Shown: positions 40,326 through 50,431, counted from the first letter of the stretch. The stretch: 64,000 nt of DNA from Promethearchaeota archaeon (GCA_030599585.1 JAUVNS010000001.1:320001-384000), one strand, 5' to 3'. Program-made: numbers and translations. Notes: generated from the sequence alone by a model not told the origin.

Positions 40326-40760
40326 ATGAAAATGGAAAAGTTATTTCCTATAAGTATAAATCCGCAATTTTGCGTCCGGTGTGAAAAGTGTTCTTATTCG
40401 TGTTCAACAAAAGCAATATTTTTTCGAGATTCACTTCGATACGTCGATTATAATAAATGCAAAGGATGCTTAAAATGTGTAAGTGTTTGCGAACACAACG
40501 CTATAGAAGTAATCTCGTTAGAAGAGGGACGTTTAATTGATTTTAAAATTGATGAAGAGAGATGTACCGTTTGTAAAAAATGTTTAGAGTCAAATTTCTG
40601 CTTTCAAAATTTATTTAACCTTTGCGTTGAGTCAGATACAAACAAAGAATACATCGAATTTAATAATAAATTAATGAATAAGTGTTTTAATTGTTTGAAG
40701 TGTTTTAAAGATTGTCCAAACAACGCTATAATCCCAAATATACGTGTTAATGGAACATAA
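40326..40760 (+). CDS. Polyferredoxin (up to four [4Fe-4S] clusters)
   Basis: Four CxxCxxC..C motifs. Confidence 0.85.
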   Translation: MKMEKLFPISINPQFCVRCEKCSYSCSTKAIFFRDSLRYVDYNKCKGCLKCVSVCEHNAIEVISLEEGRLIDFKIDEERCTVCKKCLESNFCFQNLFNLCVESDTNKEYIEFNNKLMNKCFNCLKCFKDCPNNAIIPNIRVNGT

Positions 40761-40786
40761 ATCTTATTTAACGAATTTAGTTTACA

Positions 40787-41278
40787 CTACCACTTCGTTT
40801 TAGAACCTAATTTAATGTCTAAGATTGGGGTTCCATTAATCGCATCGAGATTTTTAACAAATAAAGTGGTGCCTTCAATTTTAACTAATTTCACATTGGT
40901 AATCCCTATGCGAGATAATCGATTAGGCGTCCGAGAAGCGAAAATACCTACCTCTTTTCCATCTATCCCTCGAGAAAAAATAGATCGAATTTTGTGCTGT
41001 TTATGAAAATAATATACTACAGTAATCCATTCGTCTTCTTCTAATTTGTAAAGAAATTTTCGTTGAGATTCAAAAAGGTGGATTTTAGAGACATTATTTC
41101 TACTCCCTTTCAACCCAAATCCTTCTCCTTTTTCTAATAGATTTTCTACAAAACCGATTGGAAATATCTTAAACGGCTTATTGTTCTGATATAAGCAAGA
41201 ATGACACATAAATTGGTCATTAAATTTATCAAGTTCGTCTAATCCTTTTTCCTTTTTACATTTCGTGCAAACTGGCAT
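40787..41278 (-). CDS. TrmO/TsaA-like SAM-binding protein with N-terminal zinc finger
   Basis: PIGFV, GIFASRTPNR, LDAINGTPILDIK; N-terminal CTKC..CHSC. Confidence 0.8.
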   Translation of the reverse strand: MPVCTKCKKEKGLDELDKFNDQFMCHSCLYQNNKPFKIFPIGFVENLLEKGEGFGLKGSRNNVSKIHLFESQRKFLYKLEEDEWITVVYYFHKQHKIRSIFSRGIDGKEVGIFASRTPNRLSRIGITNVKLVKIEGTTLFVKNLDAINGTPILDIKLGSKTKW

Positions 41279-41299
41279 AGCTACCCATCAGGTTATTGG

Positions 41300-42232
41300 T
41301 TAATTTATTAATTTCCAAAAAGTCTGGTTATTGTAAATTACTTTTTTAATCCTATTTTGCGATGCTAGAGTATTCAATTCAAGTAAAACATCTTGCTCAT
41401 TAAACTTTTTTGAACTAAATGTTTCAATAATTTGTTCTTGTCTCATTGGATGTCTTTCAAGCAAAATTTTTAATTCCATTTCAAAATTAGAACTAAAAAC
41501 GCTAAATATTCCCTGCTCAGGAAAATTTATATTATTATATTCTCCAAAAACATCGTTTAAAATCGGAATAATGTTTTTATCGGGAATTTGTACCCAACTT
41601 TCAGCAGGAGGTCTTATTGGAACGTTAATGTCAATTCTATCGGGTTTAATTAGATCTAATTTATTTTTTATTTTTACTAGTTCCTCTTTAGAATCGTTAA
41701 TTCCCTTCATCAGCATTATTTCTATCCAGAATTTACCGTTATATTCTTTCCTAAAATCAATGTATCCTTGAATCATTTTTTCATACTCTATGGAGGGATG
41801 TGGACGATTTATTTTAACGAATAACTTTTCATCTCCCGCATCCAAACTAGGCAAAACAACGTCAACACTCACTAACTCTTTTCTAACTTCTGGAGAGTAT
41901 AATAAAGCTCCGTTTGTAATTACGCAGATTGGTTTGCTTGAGAATTCTTTTGCCTTTAAAATCAGTTTTCCTAAACTTTTGTATAACGTAGGTTCGCCGC
42001 TACCTACAAATGTTATGTAATCAAAATTTTCTTTGTTTTGCTTAATAGCTTCTTCCATTTCTTTATAAATTTCTTCTTTGAGATAAAATTCTCTTCTCTC
42101 ATTTGTGAAATTAGTCGTTTTTCCCAATTGACAATATATACACTGAAAATTGCACGTTTTTGAAGGAATCGGGTCGATCCCTAAAGAACTTCCTAATCGT
42201 CTACTAGGAACTGGTCCATATACATATTTCAT
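41300..42232 (-). CDS. Radical SAM protein (COG0731-like)
   Basis: YGPVPSRRLGSSLG, CNFQCIYC, GSGEPTL and INRP motifs. Confidence 0.88.
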   Translation of the reverse strand: MKYVYGPVPSRRLGSSLGIDPIPSKTCNFQCIYCQLGKTTNFTNERREFYLKEEIYKEMEEAIKQNKENFDYITFVGSGEPTLYKSLGKLILKAKEFSSKPICVITNGALLYSPEVRKELVSVDVVLPSLDAGDEKLFVKINRPHPSIEYEKMIQGYIDFRKEYNGKFWIEIMLMKGINDSKEELVKIKNKLDLIKPDRIDINVPIRPPAESWVQIPDKNIIPILNDVFGEYNNINFPEQGIFSVFSSNFEMELKILLERHPMRQEQIIETFSSKKFNEQDVLLELNTLASQNRIKKVIYNNQTFWKLIN

Positions 42233-42302
42233 TTTCTTTTTTTATGAAAAAATACGATTCGTAAGCAGAATCCAGAATTTTTTAATTATATCTCTTTAGT
42301 TA

Positions 42303-42746
42303 TTATGAACTCACTAATCCTTTATAATCCGCTATCGCTAGTTGCAAAGTTCTATATGCTAATTCCGCACAATGTTTGTGATCTTCAGGTAAACCGTTTA
42401 ACGCTGCGTCAATGTCTTCTGCCTTTATTTTTTCAGCGTCATCTAACGATTTATTCTCTATGAGAAGAGTTGTTTGACACCCTGTTGCCACTGAAGCTCC
42501 ACACCCGTCAGTAAGGAAATTGGCTTTTTCAATAATATTATTTTTTATTTTTAGAAAGAATGACATCGTATCCCCACATGGACCCTCGTAAGATTTAGAA
42601 ACGGTAATCTCATCTTCAGAGGGTTTACCCCAGTTTTTAGGATCGTGATATAATTCAACTATGCGTTCGTTATAATCTCTAATTTCTTCTTCATATATGA
42701 TCTTTTGAAGATTTTCTACATACAAGTCAAATTTATCTTTAGGCAT
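42303..42746 (-). CDS. IscU/NifU-N Fe-S scaffold protein
   Basis: GPCGD, DGCG and HCAELA (three scaffold Cys). Confidence 0.88.
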   Translation of the reverse strand: MPKDKFDLYVENLQKIIYEEEIRDYNERIVELYHDPKNWGKPSEDEITVSKSYEGPCGDTMSFFLKIKNNIIEKANFLTDGCGASVATGCQTTLLIENKSLDDAEKIKAEDIDAALNGLPEDHKHCAELAYRTLQLAIADYKGLVSS

Positions 42747-42826
42747 TTAAAATGAACTACTCTTATTAATTATAATTCGGTTAACTAGAACAATTAATGG
42801 GTCAAATGATTTTCGATTCATTTCGA

Positions 42827-43240
42827 TTAATGCTGTTGGTGATGATGCTCGTGATCGTTATTATCGTCTGCGTCAGTGTGGATTTTTTCTACTCCATAAC
42901 CTTTACCTCCACCAGGAGAACAAATGTTTTCTCCACCTTCTAAAGTCCCATCTAAAATCTTGGCAATAACATCGTCAATCTGGCCAGTAACACCCCTTAT
43001 AACTTCAATACCGTATTGATTAAAGAAATCAACGGCTCTATGACCAATTCCCCCCGCGATCATACAGGTGGCACCATTTTCGTTAATAAATTTTGGTATA
43101 CTCCCAATTTCGTGTCCTGGATTAGGTAACACTTTTTTTTCAACTACTTTGTTATCTTCAATTGAAACAAAAGTAAACTCTGGAGCCCGACCAAAATGTT
43201 GCGAAACACTTCCCATTTCTGTACATATAGCTACTTTCAA
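42827..43240 (-). CDS. NifB/NifX-family metal-cluster-binding protein
   Basis: SQHFGRAPEF, NPGH, GGIG; His-rich tail. Confidence 0.88.
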   Translation of the reverse strand: MKVAICTEMGSVSQHFGRAPEFTFVSIEDNKVVEKKVLPNPGHEIGSIPKFINENGATCMIAGGIGHRAVDFFNQYGIEVIRGVTGQIDDVIAKILDGTLEGGENICSPGGGKGYGVEKIHTDADDNNDHEHHHQQH

Positions 43241-43275
43241 CTTTTAAATCACTTTTTTTTTATTATGTTTTTTTA

Positions 43276-43289
43276 AGAATAATCATTCA
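43276..43289. promoter_or_regulatory. Palindromic operator, site 2 (AGAATAATCATTCA)
   Basis: Upstream of the minus-strand NifX-IscU-radical SAM-TsaA run. Confidence 0.65.
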
Positions 43290-43464
43290 AAATAAATCAT
43301 TCAAATTATTTAAAATTTTCTAGAATATCAGACTAGAGGACGCCGTCACCAAAACTTTGTCTACCTCATTTAGATCCTTGATAGGAGTGATGTACTGAGT
43401 TCATTTCCACTAAATGAAACCCAAAAAGAGATATTAAACTTAAAAATTAGAACTATGTCAAAAA

Positions 43465-44430
43465 TTACCAGTGGTTTGAAAACAAGGACCAAAAAATATT
43501 TCCTTCGCAACCGATACAATCCCGGCACTTCTCTTTAATTTCTTTTTCAATAGGGTTTTCGTTAATAAAAACTCCAACGCCTTGGATATTCTTCAAATCT
43601 AACACATGGTCAAGGCGATTATTAGTAAGCCAAAAATATTCTAATTTTTTAGGACCTTTGATAGGATGAATGCGCTGAATTTTGTTTCCATCTAAAAATA
43701 ACTCCGTCAGAAAGCGTAAGTTCTCAAGCCCCTTAATTTCAGTGATATCGTTGAAACTTAAGTATAATCCCTTCAACTTATTAAGGGTGTCCAAGCCTTG
43801 AATTTCAGAAATCTGGTTATGCCCGAGAGACAAGCCTGTAAGATCGGTAAGCGGTTCGAGTTGCTCAATTTTAACGATTTTATTACTACTTAAAATTAAG
43901 TCGTCTAAGATTTCAAGTCCAATAAGCCCTTCAATTCTCTCAATTGAATTGAATTTAAGATTCAAATTTTTCAATGTTTTTAACCGTTCTAAGCCTTCAA
44001 TTTTACGGATTCGATTATGGTGTAAAGAAAGTCTTTCGAGGTTAACGAGCGTATCAAGTCCTTTAATTTCATCAATTTTGTTACGCGAAATATCCAGAAA
44101 TCTCAACTGTCCCAAATTCTCTAACCCTGTTATCCCAGCGATTCTGTTCCGATCTAACCGCAAATATTCCAAATTCGTTAAGGATTCTAAGCCTTGAATT
44201 TCGCTAATATCGTTTTTTTGTAAGGAGAGTATTCGAAGATTTGTCAAATGCTCTAAACCTTCGATGCGAGAAATATGGTTTTCGATAAGATCTAATCGCG
44301 ATAAACCAGTGATATCTTGAAGTCCCTCAAGCTCGCTGATGTCGGAAACGCCCAAATTATTCACCCTAAGATATTCGTCTTCTACAAAATGCTTCTTCCC
44401 TTTAAAAATAACGTACTCTTTGTCCGACAT
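43465..44430 (-). CDS. Sds22-like leucine-rich-repeat protein
   Basis: About 11 repeats of L.L..N.I..I.GLE.L..L. Confidence 0.9.
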   Translation of the reverse strand: MSDKEYVIFKGKKHFVEDEYLRVNNLGVSDISELEGLQDITGLSRLDLIENHISRIEGLEHLTNLRILSLQKNDISEIQGLESLTNLEYLRLDRNRIAGITGLENLGQLRFLDISRNKIDEIKGLDTLVNLERLSLHHNRIRKIEGLERLKTLKNLNLKFNSIERIEGLIGLEILDDLILSSNKIVKIEQLEPLTDLTGLSLGHNQISEIQGLDTLNKLKGLYLSFNDITEIKGLENLRFLTELFLDGNKIQRIHPIKGPKKLEYFWLTNNRLDHVLDLKNIQGVGVFINENPIEKEIKEKCRDCIGCEGNIFWSLFSNHW

Positions 44431-44730
44431 CGCTAAAATACAAATGGTAATTCTCGTTTATAAACGTTTAGACCATACAGTAAACCTAAACTTTAAAAAA
44501 ATCTATAAAAAATAATTTTGACTGAGTTCAAAAACTTTAGTTACAGCTAATTTAACACAATCAAACTCATAAAATATTGAAGCTCATTGCTTTCTCAAGA
44601 TAATTTTTCACTAATCGTTTATTCTTTAAGAAATATGAAGAGTAATATAAATCAGTCATTTATAATTAAAATATAATTTAGTTTCGTAATACTTAAATAT
44701 ACTGATTAATATTTGTTACATAGAGAATAG

Positions 44731-44744
44731 TGAATGATTATTCA
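44731..44744. promoter_or_regulatory. Palindromic operator, site 3 (TGAATGATTATTCA)
   Basis: Upstream of the DUF5320 and DtxR-like genes. Confidence 0.65.
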
Positions 44745-44806
44745 TTATTAATTATTCACATTCATATAAAAAAACAAACAAAATAAAATGAGATGATAAC
44801 AAAATA

Positions 44807-45184
44807 ATGCCTGGTGGAGATAGAACTGGCCCTAGAGGTCTTGGAGCAAGAACGGGAAGAGTTTTAGGATATTGTGCGGGATATGACGCTCCAGGGTATG
44901 CTTACGGCCCCGGATTTGGTTATGGACGAGGTGGAGGTCGAGGGATGGCTTGGGGTTCCGGACGAGGTAGAGGATACGGTCGAGGGTGGGGCTATAGAGA
45001 GCCGATTTATCCTCCAATTGTAGCTACTGCCCCGGTTTACACTTCAAGAATCCCCTTAGAACCAGTAGATAGATTAACAATGCTAAAACAGGAAAAGACT
45101 TACTTAGAGTCTGAAGTTAAAGGGATCAGTAGTGCTCTTGAAGATATAACCAAACGCATTGAAGAACTAGAACAAAAAGAATAA
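44807..45184 (+). CDS. DUF5320-family Gly/Arg-rich protein
   Basis: MPGGDRTGP.G.G.RTGR..GYCAGY, GRG repeats and a C-terminal coiled coil. Confidence 0.85.
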   Translation: MPGGDRTGPRGLGARTGRVLGYCAGYDAPGYAYGPGFGYGRGGGRGMAWGSGRGRGYGRGWGYREPIYPPIVATAPVYTSRIPLEPVDRLTMLKQEKTYLESEVKGISSALEDITKRIEELEQKE

Positions 45185-45241
45185 TTTTTTTTTCATTTTT
45201 TTATAACTAAAAATTAAATATTAAGAAGTTAAGACCATTTA

Positions 45242-45649
45242 ATGCCGAGTACGATGTCGCAAATAAAAGATACCCACGAAGATTATCTTAAAGCAATTTA
45301 TAAGGTATCAAAAAAAAACAGAGGCGGGTGGGTCTCAAATTCAGAAATTTCTAACTTTCTTAAAGTTAAGCCCGCTTCAGTATCAAGTATGTTATATAAA
45401 TTAAAAGAGAATAATTACATACATTGGTATCCAAGGAAATCAGTAAGATTAACTGCTAAGGGCAAAAAAATTGCGTTAATAACGATTAATAAATATAACC
45501 AATTGAAGCTTTTCTTTGAAGATGTTTTAGGAGTGGACAATGCATTTAAACTCGACGAACTCTGCTGCAAAATTGAGCATACGATAACGCCAGAAATATC
45601 AGATGCTTTAGAAAGCCTTTCTCTTAAAGTAATTCAAGAAAATATTTAA
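45242..45649 (+). CDS. DtxR/MntR-family metal-dependent regulator
   Basis: EDYLKAIY, VKPASVSSML, LTAKG and CKIEH motifs. Confidence 0.88.
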   Translation: MPSTMSQIKDTHEDYLKAIYKVSKKNRGGWVSNSEISNFLKVKPASVSSMLYKLKENNYIHWYPRKSVRLTAKGKKIALITINKYNQLKLFFEDVLGVDNAFKLDELCCKIEHTITPEISDALESLSLKVIQENI

Positions 45650-45694
45650 AAAATAAACTCAAAATTTAAATCATTTCATAAGCACATAGAAATC

Positions 45695-45847
45695 ATGCCA
45701 AAGGTAAATATAAAAGTAAACGGTGAAAAAGTTCCTTTAAACGATTTTATGGAAGAAATGTTGAAGAACCTACTGGTGGGGTATTTAAAAGCAGCAAAAG
45801 GTATCCCTGAGGAAATAAAATCGATTAATGTTGAAATTGAACTGTAA
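45695..45847 (+). CDS. 50-aa protein resembling the C-terminal module of archaeal MobB (absent from the ORF track)
   Basis: MPKVNIKVNGEKVPLNDFMEEMLKNLLVGYLKAAKGIPEEIKSINVEIEL. Confidence 0.65.
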   Translation: MPKVNIKVNGEKVPLNDFMEEMLKNLLVGYLKAAKGIPEEIKSINVEIEL

Positions 45848-45971
45848 TTCTATTTTCTTTATTTTTAAAATTTAGAATCTAAAACGCAAAAATCAAGTAT
45901 ATTTCTAATTGAATCTATCTTTATCATAGATTTTAATAAATTAAAAAAAAAAAAAATTAAATAATATTATA

Positions 45972-47288
45972 TTATAATTCTTGGATTTTTTTTTGTCGTG
46001 CTAACTTTTCTTCTTCCGTAAGTTCTACTTCGCCTCTTTTTACTAACGAAATCATAACAAAGGCTAAAATGAAGAATATGGCACCATTAAGAAGTAAGAA
46101 TTGTATTCCCATTAAATCAGTGAGACCGCCTACGACCATCGGACCTAATATAGCAGCAAAGTAACTGAAAAAGTAATATAGCCCTGTGTATGTCCCAATT
46201 TTCTTTTCACTAGGAGCTAATTCCCATACAATTACGATAGAATTAGTGTTAATCATTGCCCATCCGATTCCAAGGAAAGCAAGTGGAATTGCCATTATGG
46301 CTAACGAAGCTTGAACAAGCCCCATGAAGAATCCAACAATCAACATAACCGTCCAAAGTATTACGCCGATTTTAATTGTTTTTCTTCTCCCAATTTTGCC
46401 AGGAAGGTACGAAAGAGGATAAATTGATATCAAAAGAGGAACAGTAACTATAAAAGGTAAGAATCCCGCGAGACCTTGGCTGTATCCTAGCACCTGCACT
46501 CCATAAATAGAAATTAGCGCAACAATTCCCTGATATCCGATGAACCAGCAGAAAATTGCGAATAACATAAATAAAGTGCTCCTATCTTCCTCGGAGGCTA
46601 TGTCCTTAATACTCTCGATCAATCCAGGAGCAGTCTTTTCTGCTTTGACTTTTTCTCCTTCATTTCCTTCCATCTCTAATATTAACTGATAGCTGTATGA
46701 GTCTTTTTCTTTTATTCGCCATAATAGTACCAGTAGAGCAACTACCATTATTATTGAAATAATAAGAAATAATATTTGTAGGCTAACGATTCCAAGTAAT
46801 ATACTGAATCCATATCCGATTGCTACTCCAAAGCCCCCCATAAGATTTATAATTGCGTTTCCTTTGCTTCTATTAACTGGTCTTACGAAATCTGGCATCA
46901 GTGAAACAGCTTGGGCTCTATAAAAGCCCATACTTAATCCAAAAAAGAACATATAGATTAACAGCATTATGATCGAAGTTGATGAAGGAATCAAAAAGAA
47001 AAACAGCGCACCTAAAGGAATACCTATAATCAAATATGGCATTCTTCTTCCGAATTTAGTACGTGTATTGTCGGAGATTGAACCCATTATAGGTTGAATT
47101 ATTACTCCAATCATGTTATCTAATGCCATAAGTAAGCCAATTACGAATAAAGAAGAGAAATAATCACTTAATAGCAAAGGAACTTGTGCGTTATACAGTG
47201 ACCATGCAATCTCTGACGAAAAAAAAGCTAAACCGATCGTAAAAGTCTGTCCAACTCTAAATTTTGATGTTTCTGACATTTTTTTCAC
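45972..47288 (-). CDS. MFS transporter (SLC45/maltose-sucrose-like)
   Basis: QPIMGSISDNTRTKFGRRMPY, GTYTGLYY; 12 TM. Confidence 0.9.
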   Translation of the reverse strand: MKKMSETSKFRVGQTFTIGLAFFSSEIAWSLYNAQVPLLLSDYFSSLFVIGLLMALDNMIGVIIQPIMGSISDNTRTKFGRRMPYLIIGIPLGALFFFLIPSSTSIIMLLIYMFFFGLSMGFYRAQAVSLMPDFVRPVNRSKGNAIINLMGGFGVAIGYGFSILLGIVSLQILFLIISIIMVVALLVLLWRIKEKDSYSYQLILEMEGNEGEKVKAEKTAPGLIESIKDIASEEDRSTLFMLFAIFCWFIGYQGIVALISIYGVQVLGYSQGLAGFLPFIVTVPLLISIYPLSYLPGKIGRRKTIKIGVILWTVMLIVGFFMGLVQASLAIMAIPLAFLGIGWAMINTNSIVIVWELAPSEKKIGTYTGLYYFFSYFAAILGPMVVGGLTDLMGIQFLLLNGAIFFILAFVMISLVKRGEVELTEEEKLARQKKIQEL

Positions 47289-47427
47289 ATTTTTTTTTTA
47301 AGTAGATTTTAATGATAATATACAATAATTTTCTTTTGATATATAAAATTCTTTTTTTTTAATTATAATTAAAAGGATTTATAATTTTTCTACATTTTTT
47401 CTTATCATAATAAAAGGATGTATAGAA

Positions 47428-48312
47428 ATGCACTTAGAACCCGAATGTATACCGTGTCTTATTAATCAAGTATTGAGAGCCTTTCAATTGTTGGAACCTG
47501 ATACACCCCGTGAGATAATTATAGATACTCAGAAGAAGTTAATGAATTATCTCGTGGATTTTGATATCGAAAAAAGAGCATCTCCGATAATCGGTAAAGT
47601 AGCATACACCCTTGTTGCTGAAGCTTTAGGTGTAAAAGATCCCTACGCCTCAATAAAGAAAAAATACAATCAATTAGCTTTACAATTCTACAATGAGGCT
47701 AGAAATATAGTTACTAAGGCTGAAGATCCTTTATTTGAAGCAATTGTAGTTGCTGCTCTTGGAAATACGATAGATTTTGGCACCAGTCATAAGATCGACT
47801 TCATTAACGATATTAAAAACTTTACACCAGACAAGTTAGCAATAAACGACTACGACGCATTTAAACAGTCACTTCTGGATACTGACCACTTACTTATTTT
47901 ATTAGATAATGCCGGGGAGATTGTATTTGATAAGTTATTAGTAGAAACTCTCCTCAAAACTTTTCCAGAGCTAAAAATTACTTGTTCGGTTCGATCAGCC
48001 CCAATTATCAACGATGCAACCTTGGACGACGCAATATTCGTTGGTTTAACTGATCTAGTGCAAGTCATAGAAGCAAGTGGCACACCGGGTATTTATCTTC
48101 CAACAACTACAGATGAGTTCAAGAAGCAGTTCTTTTTAAAGGGTGGCGTTATTTTATCAAAAGGTCAAGGTAATTTTGAAAGTTTACACGGTATGGAAAT
48201 ACCAGATAAAGAAGTATATTATTTGCTAAAGGCGAAGTGTTCTTTGATGGAAAGACTATTCTCCGTTAAACAAGGAAACATTATTTTTAAGAGAAAAACT
48301 GAGAATTTTTAA
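47428..48312 (+). CDS. DUF89/ARMT1 damage-control phosphatase
   Basis: ECIPC, GNTIDFG, DNAGEIVFD, INDAT, KGQGNFE and KAKC motifs. Confidence 0.92.
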   Translation: MHLEPECIPCLINQVLRAFQLLEPDTPREIIIDTQKKLMNYLVDFDIEKRASPIIGKVAYTLVAEALGVKDPYASIKKKYNQLALQFYNEARNIVTKAEDPLFEAIVVAALGNTIDFGTSHKIDFINDIKNFTPDKLAINDYDAFKQSLLDTDHLLILLDNAGEIVFDKLLVETLLKTFPELKITCSVRSAPIINDATLDDAIFVGLTDLVQVIEASGTPGIYLPTTTDEFKKQFFLKGGVILSKGQGNFESLHGMEIPDKEVYYLLKAKCSLMERLFSVKQGNIIFKRKTENF

Positions 48313-48361
48313 AGTTGTAAAAAGAGAAAAAGGTTGCGAATTAGAATTTAGATTAGTTCTT

Positions 48362-48853
48362 TTAGTTTCTCGTCTGTGCGATTGCTTCAGTGAAAAATCC
48401 AAAGTCTCGGATTTCTTTTTTAGAACTTCCACCATTAACTCGGTTGAAGTACTCAACAATTTGGTCGTATAAGATTTTTTTAAACGATTCAAACTGAGAA
48501 ACATCGGTACAATCGCTGATTTCGTTTTTGTAGAGGTGATAAAACATATCTAGTGCTTTTTCTGCTTCATCCCTTATATCTTCTTTGACAAAATCTTTAT
48601 CCATTATCGCAATTAAAACTAGGTCAAATTTATTTACAATTATCATCTGAATGGATAATCCTTTAATTGTGATTTCTTCGATCTTTCCCAGACTCTCCGA
48701 TCCAAATAGGGATAACGCACCTACAAACGATGAGAGCAACATAGGATTAATTTCAGAATCCAAAATGAGATCTAATAAATATATACCAGTTTCTTTGCAA
48801 ATTACAATCCCTTTTAAAAGCCTTGAAACATCTGATTTTTGAATTGAGTTAAT
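48362..48853 (-). CDS. Longin/roadblock-like domain protein
   Basis: The frame is open 30 codons above TTG 48763 and supplies GIVICKETGIYLLD (first strands of the fold), then LLSSFVGALSLFG..LVLIAI. Likely start is ATT 48853 after AGGT. Confidence 0.7.
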   Translation of the reverse strand: MNSIQKSDVSRLLKGIVICKETGIYLLDLILDSEINPMLLSSFVGALSLFGSESLGKIEEITIKGLSIQMIIVNKFDLVLIAIMDKDFVKEDIRDEAEKALDMFYHLYKNEISDCTDVSQFESFKKILYDQIVEYFNRVNGGSSKKEIRDFGFFTEAIAQTRN

Positions 48854-49094
48854 TTTAGATTACCTTTACTCTGTTATTATGAAGATTTTCTAATTCTCCA
48901 ATTGAGTATTAAAATCATATAATTAAATGCTTAAAATCTTTTATAATTTATCAGACGATATATCATGGTGATATATACTCCCAGAGTTCATAGGACTTTA
49001 AGGACTTTTATCTTTTTGTCGGTTATAGCACATTAATAATTTATCTCTCTAAACAAATACTTGATATTTTATAATCGATAACTTTATTTTCTTA

Positions 49095-49108
49095 TGAATA
49101 CTCATTCA
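49095..49108. promoter_or_regulatory. Palindromic operator, site 4 (TGAATACTCATTCA)
   Basis: Between a TTTTATAA box and the NifX-like gene at 49142. Confidence 0.6.
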
Positions 49109-49141
49109 ATCAAAATAATATTTAAATTAAAGCTGATATAA

Positions 49142-49531
49142 ATGAATCAAGTTATAGGAATTCCTTCCGATGGACCAGAACTATCAGATGCAATATCAGA
49201 ACATTTTGGTCATTGTCGTTATTATGTAGGAATCGAAATTGACGAAGAAAAAAATGTGAAGAAGTTGTTTTCTTTACAAAATAATGGGCATCAGGGTTGT
49301 ATGGAACCAGTGAACGACATGAAGCAAAGAAGCGTAACAGACATGATCGTAGGAGGCATAGGTGGACGACCGTATGCAGGGTTCACTCACTATGGAATTG
49401 GGTTATTTAAAGGAGTAAAGGGAACTCTATCTGATAATATCCAACTATTTTTACAAGGTAATTTACAATCGCTAAATGAGCCCCAATGTGCAGGTAGCGG
49501 TAATGGTCACTCAGATCATAACTGCCAATAA
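49142..49531 (+). CDS. NifB/NifX-family protein
   Basis: SEHFGHCRYY, HQGC and GGIGGRP motifs. Confidence 0.88.
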   Translation: MNQVIGIPSDGPELSDAISEHFGHCRYYVGIEIDEEKNVKKLFSLQNNGHQGCMEPVNDMKQRSVTDMIVGGIGGRPYAGFTHYGIGLFKGVKGTLSDNIQLFLQGNLQSLNEPQCAGSGNGHSDHNCQ

Positions 49532-49558
49532 AAATTAAAATAAAAAATTATAAAAAAA

Positions 49559-50431
49559 TTATTTTTCTAATTCTTCTCTTATTTTAGATACAGCTGCTTT
49601 AAAAGCCTTAGTGCTTGCGCTCTCAGGATATTTTAATATAAATGGTAATCCCTTATCTCCTTGTTGACTAACTTCGACTTCAAAAGGAATTTGTCCTAAA
49701 AAGGTTATATTAAAATCTTTGGAGGCCTTTTCTGCGCCACCAGGAGGATAAAGATCAATATATTCGCTACAATGAGGGCATTTAAAACCAGACATATTTT
49801 CAATTATCCCAAGGACATGTCTTTTCATTGTTTTTGCCATTACAATTGTCTTTCGAGCGTCCATAAGCGCAACTTCTTGCGGTGTGGATACAACAACTAC
49901 ATTTTCGTCTGGAATTAGTTGCAGTATATCAAGAGTTTCATCAGATGTGCCAGGAGGTAAATCACAGATTAAGTAATCAAGGTCTCCCCATATTGCTTCT
50001 CCTAAAAATTGTCTTACTGCTGACATTTTCATTGGACCTCGCCAAATTACTGGAGTATCGCTATCTTGTATCAGAAAGGCCATACTAACGACTTTCGTTT
50101 TTAAAGGACCTTCAACGGGATAGAACTTCTTTGCGTCGGGGTCAACTCGAGGTCTAACATTAGGGTCAATACCTAACATCTTAGTTACATTAGGCCCCGT
50201 TATGTCTACATCCAATATCCCTACGCGTAAACCCACACTTGCTAAACTCATTGCAAGGTTTACTGCTACAGTTGTTTTACCAACGCCTCCCTTCCCTGAT
50301 ATGACCACGATCTTATGTTTTATTTTAGCCATATTTTCATTAATATTCAGCGTTTGCTGGTCCAGTACCTCTTCCTTTCCTTTGTTTACCATTTCTTTTA
50401 AATCTATATCGGGTATTTTATCTTCTCCCAT
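49559..50431 (-). CDS. Mrp/NBP35 (ApbC) Fe-S carrier ATPase
   Basis: SGKGGVGKTT, WRGPMK, DLPPGTSD and ENMS..CPHC motifs. Confidence 0.93.
   Translation of the reverse strand: MGEDKIPDIDLKEMVNKGKEEVLDQQTLNINENMAKIKHKIVVISGKGGVGKTTVAVNLAMSLASVGLRVGILDVDITGPNVTKMLGIDPNVRPRVDPDAKKFYPVEGPLKTKVVSMAFLIQDSDTPVIWRGPMKMSAVRQFLGEAIWGDLDYLICDLPPGTSDETLDILQLIPDENVVVVSTPQEVALMDARKTIVMAKTMKRHVLGIIENMSGFKCPHCSEYIDLYPPGGAEKASKDFNITFLGQIPFEVEVSQQGDKGLPFILKYPESASTKAFKAAVSKIREELEK

Noticed and set aside
44537-44550. TTAG-N6-CTAA as a DtxR-like box
   Set aside because: A single weak instance in AT-rich DNA; not distinguishable from chance.
48957-49010. ATATATCA-N3-TGATATAT palindrome and AGGACTTT direct repeat
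   Set aside because: Each was noticed only here and has no supporting context.
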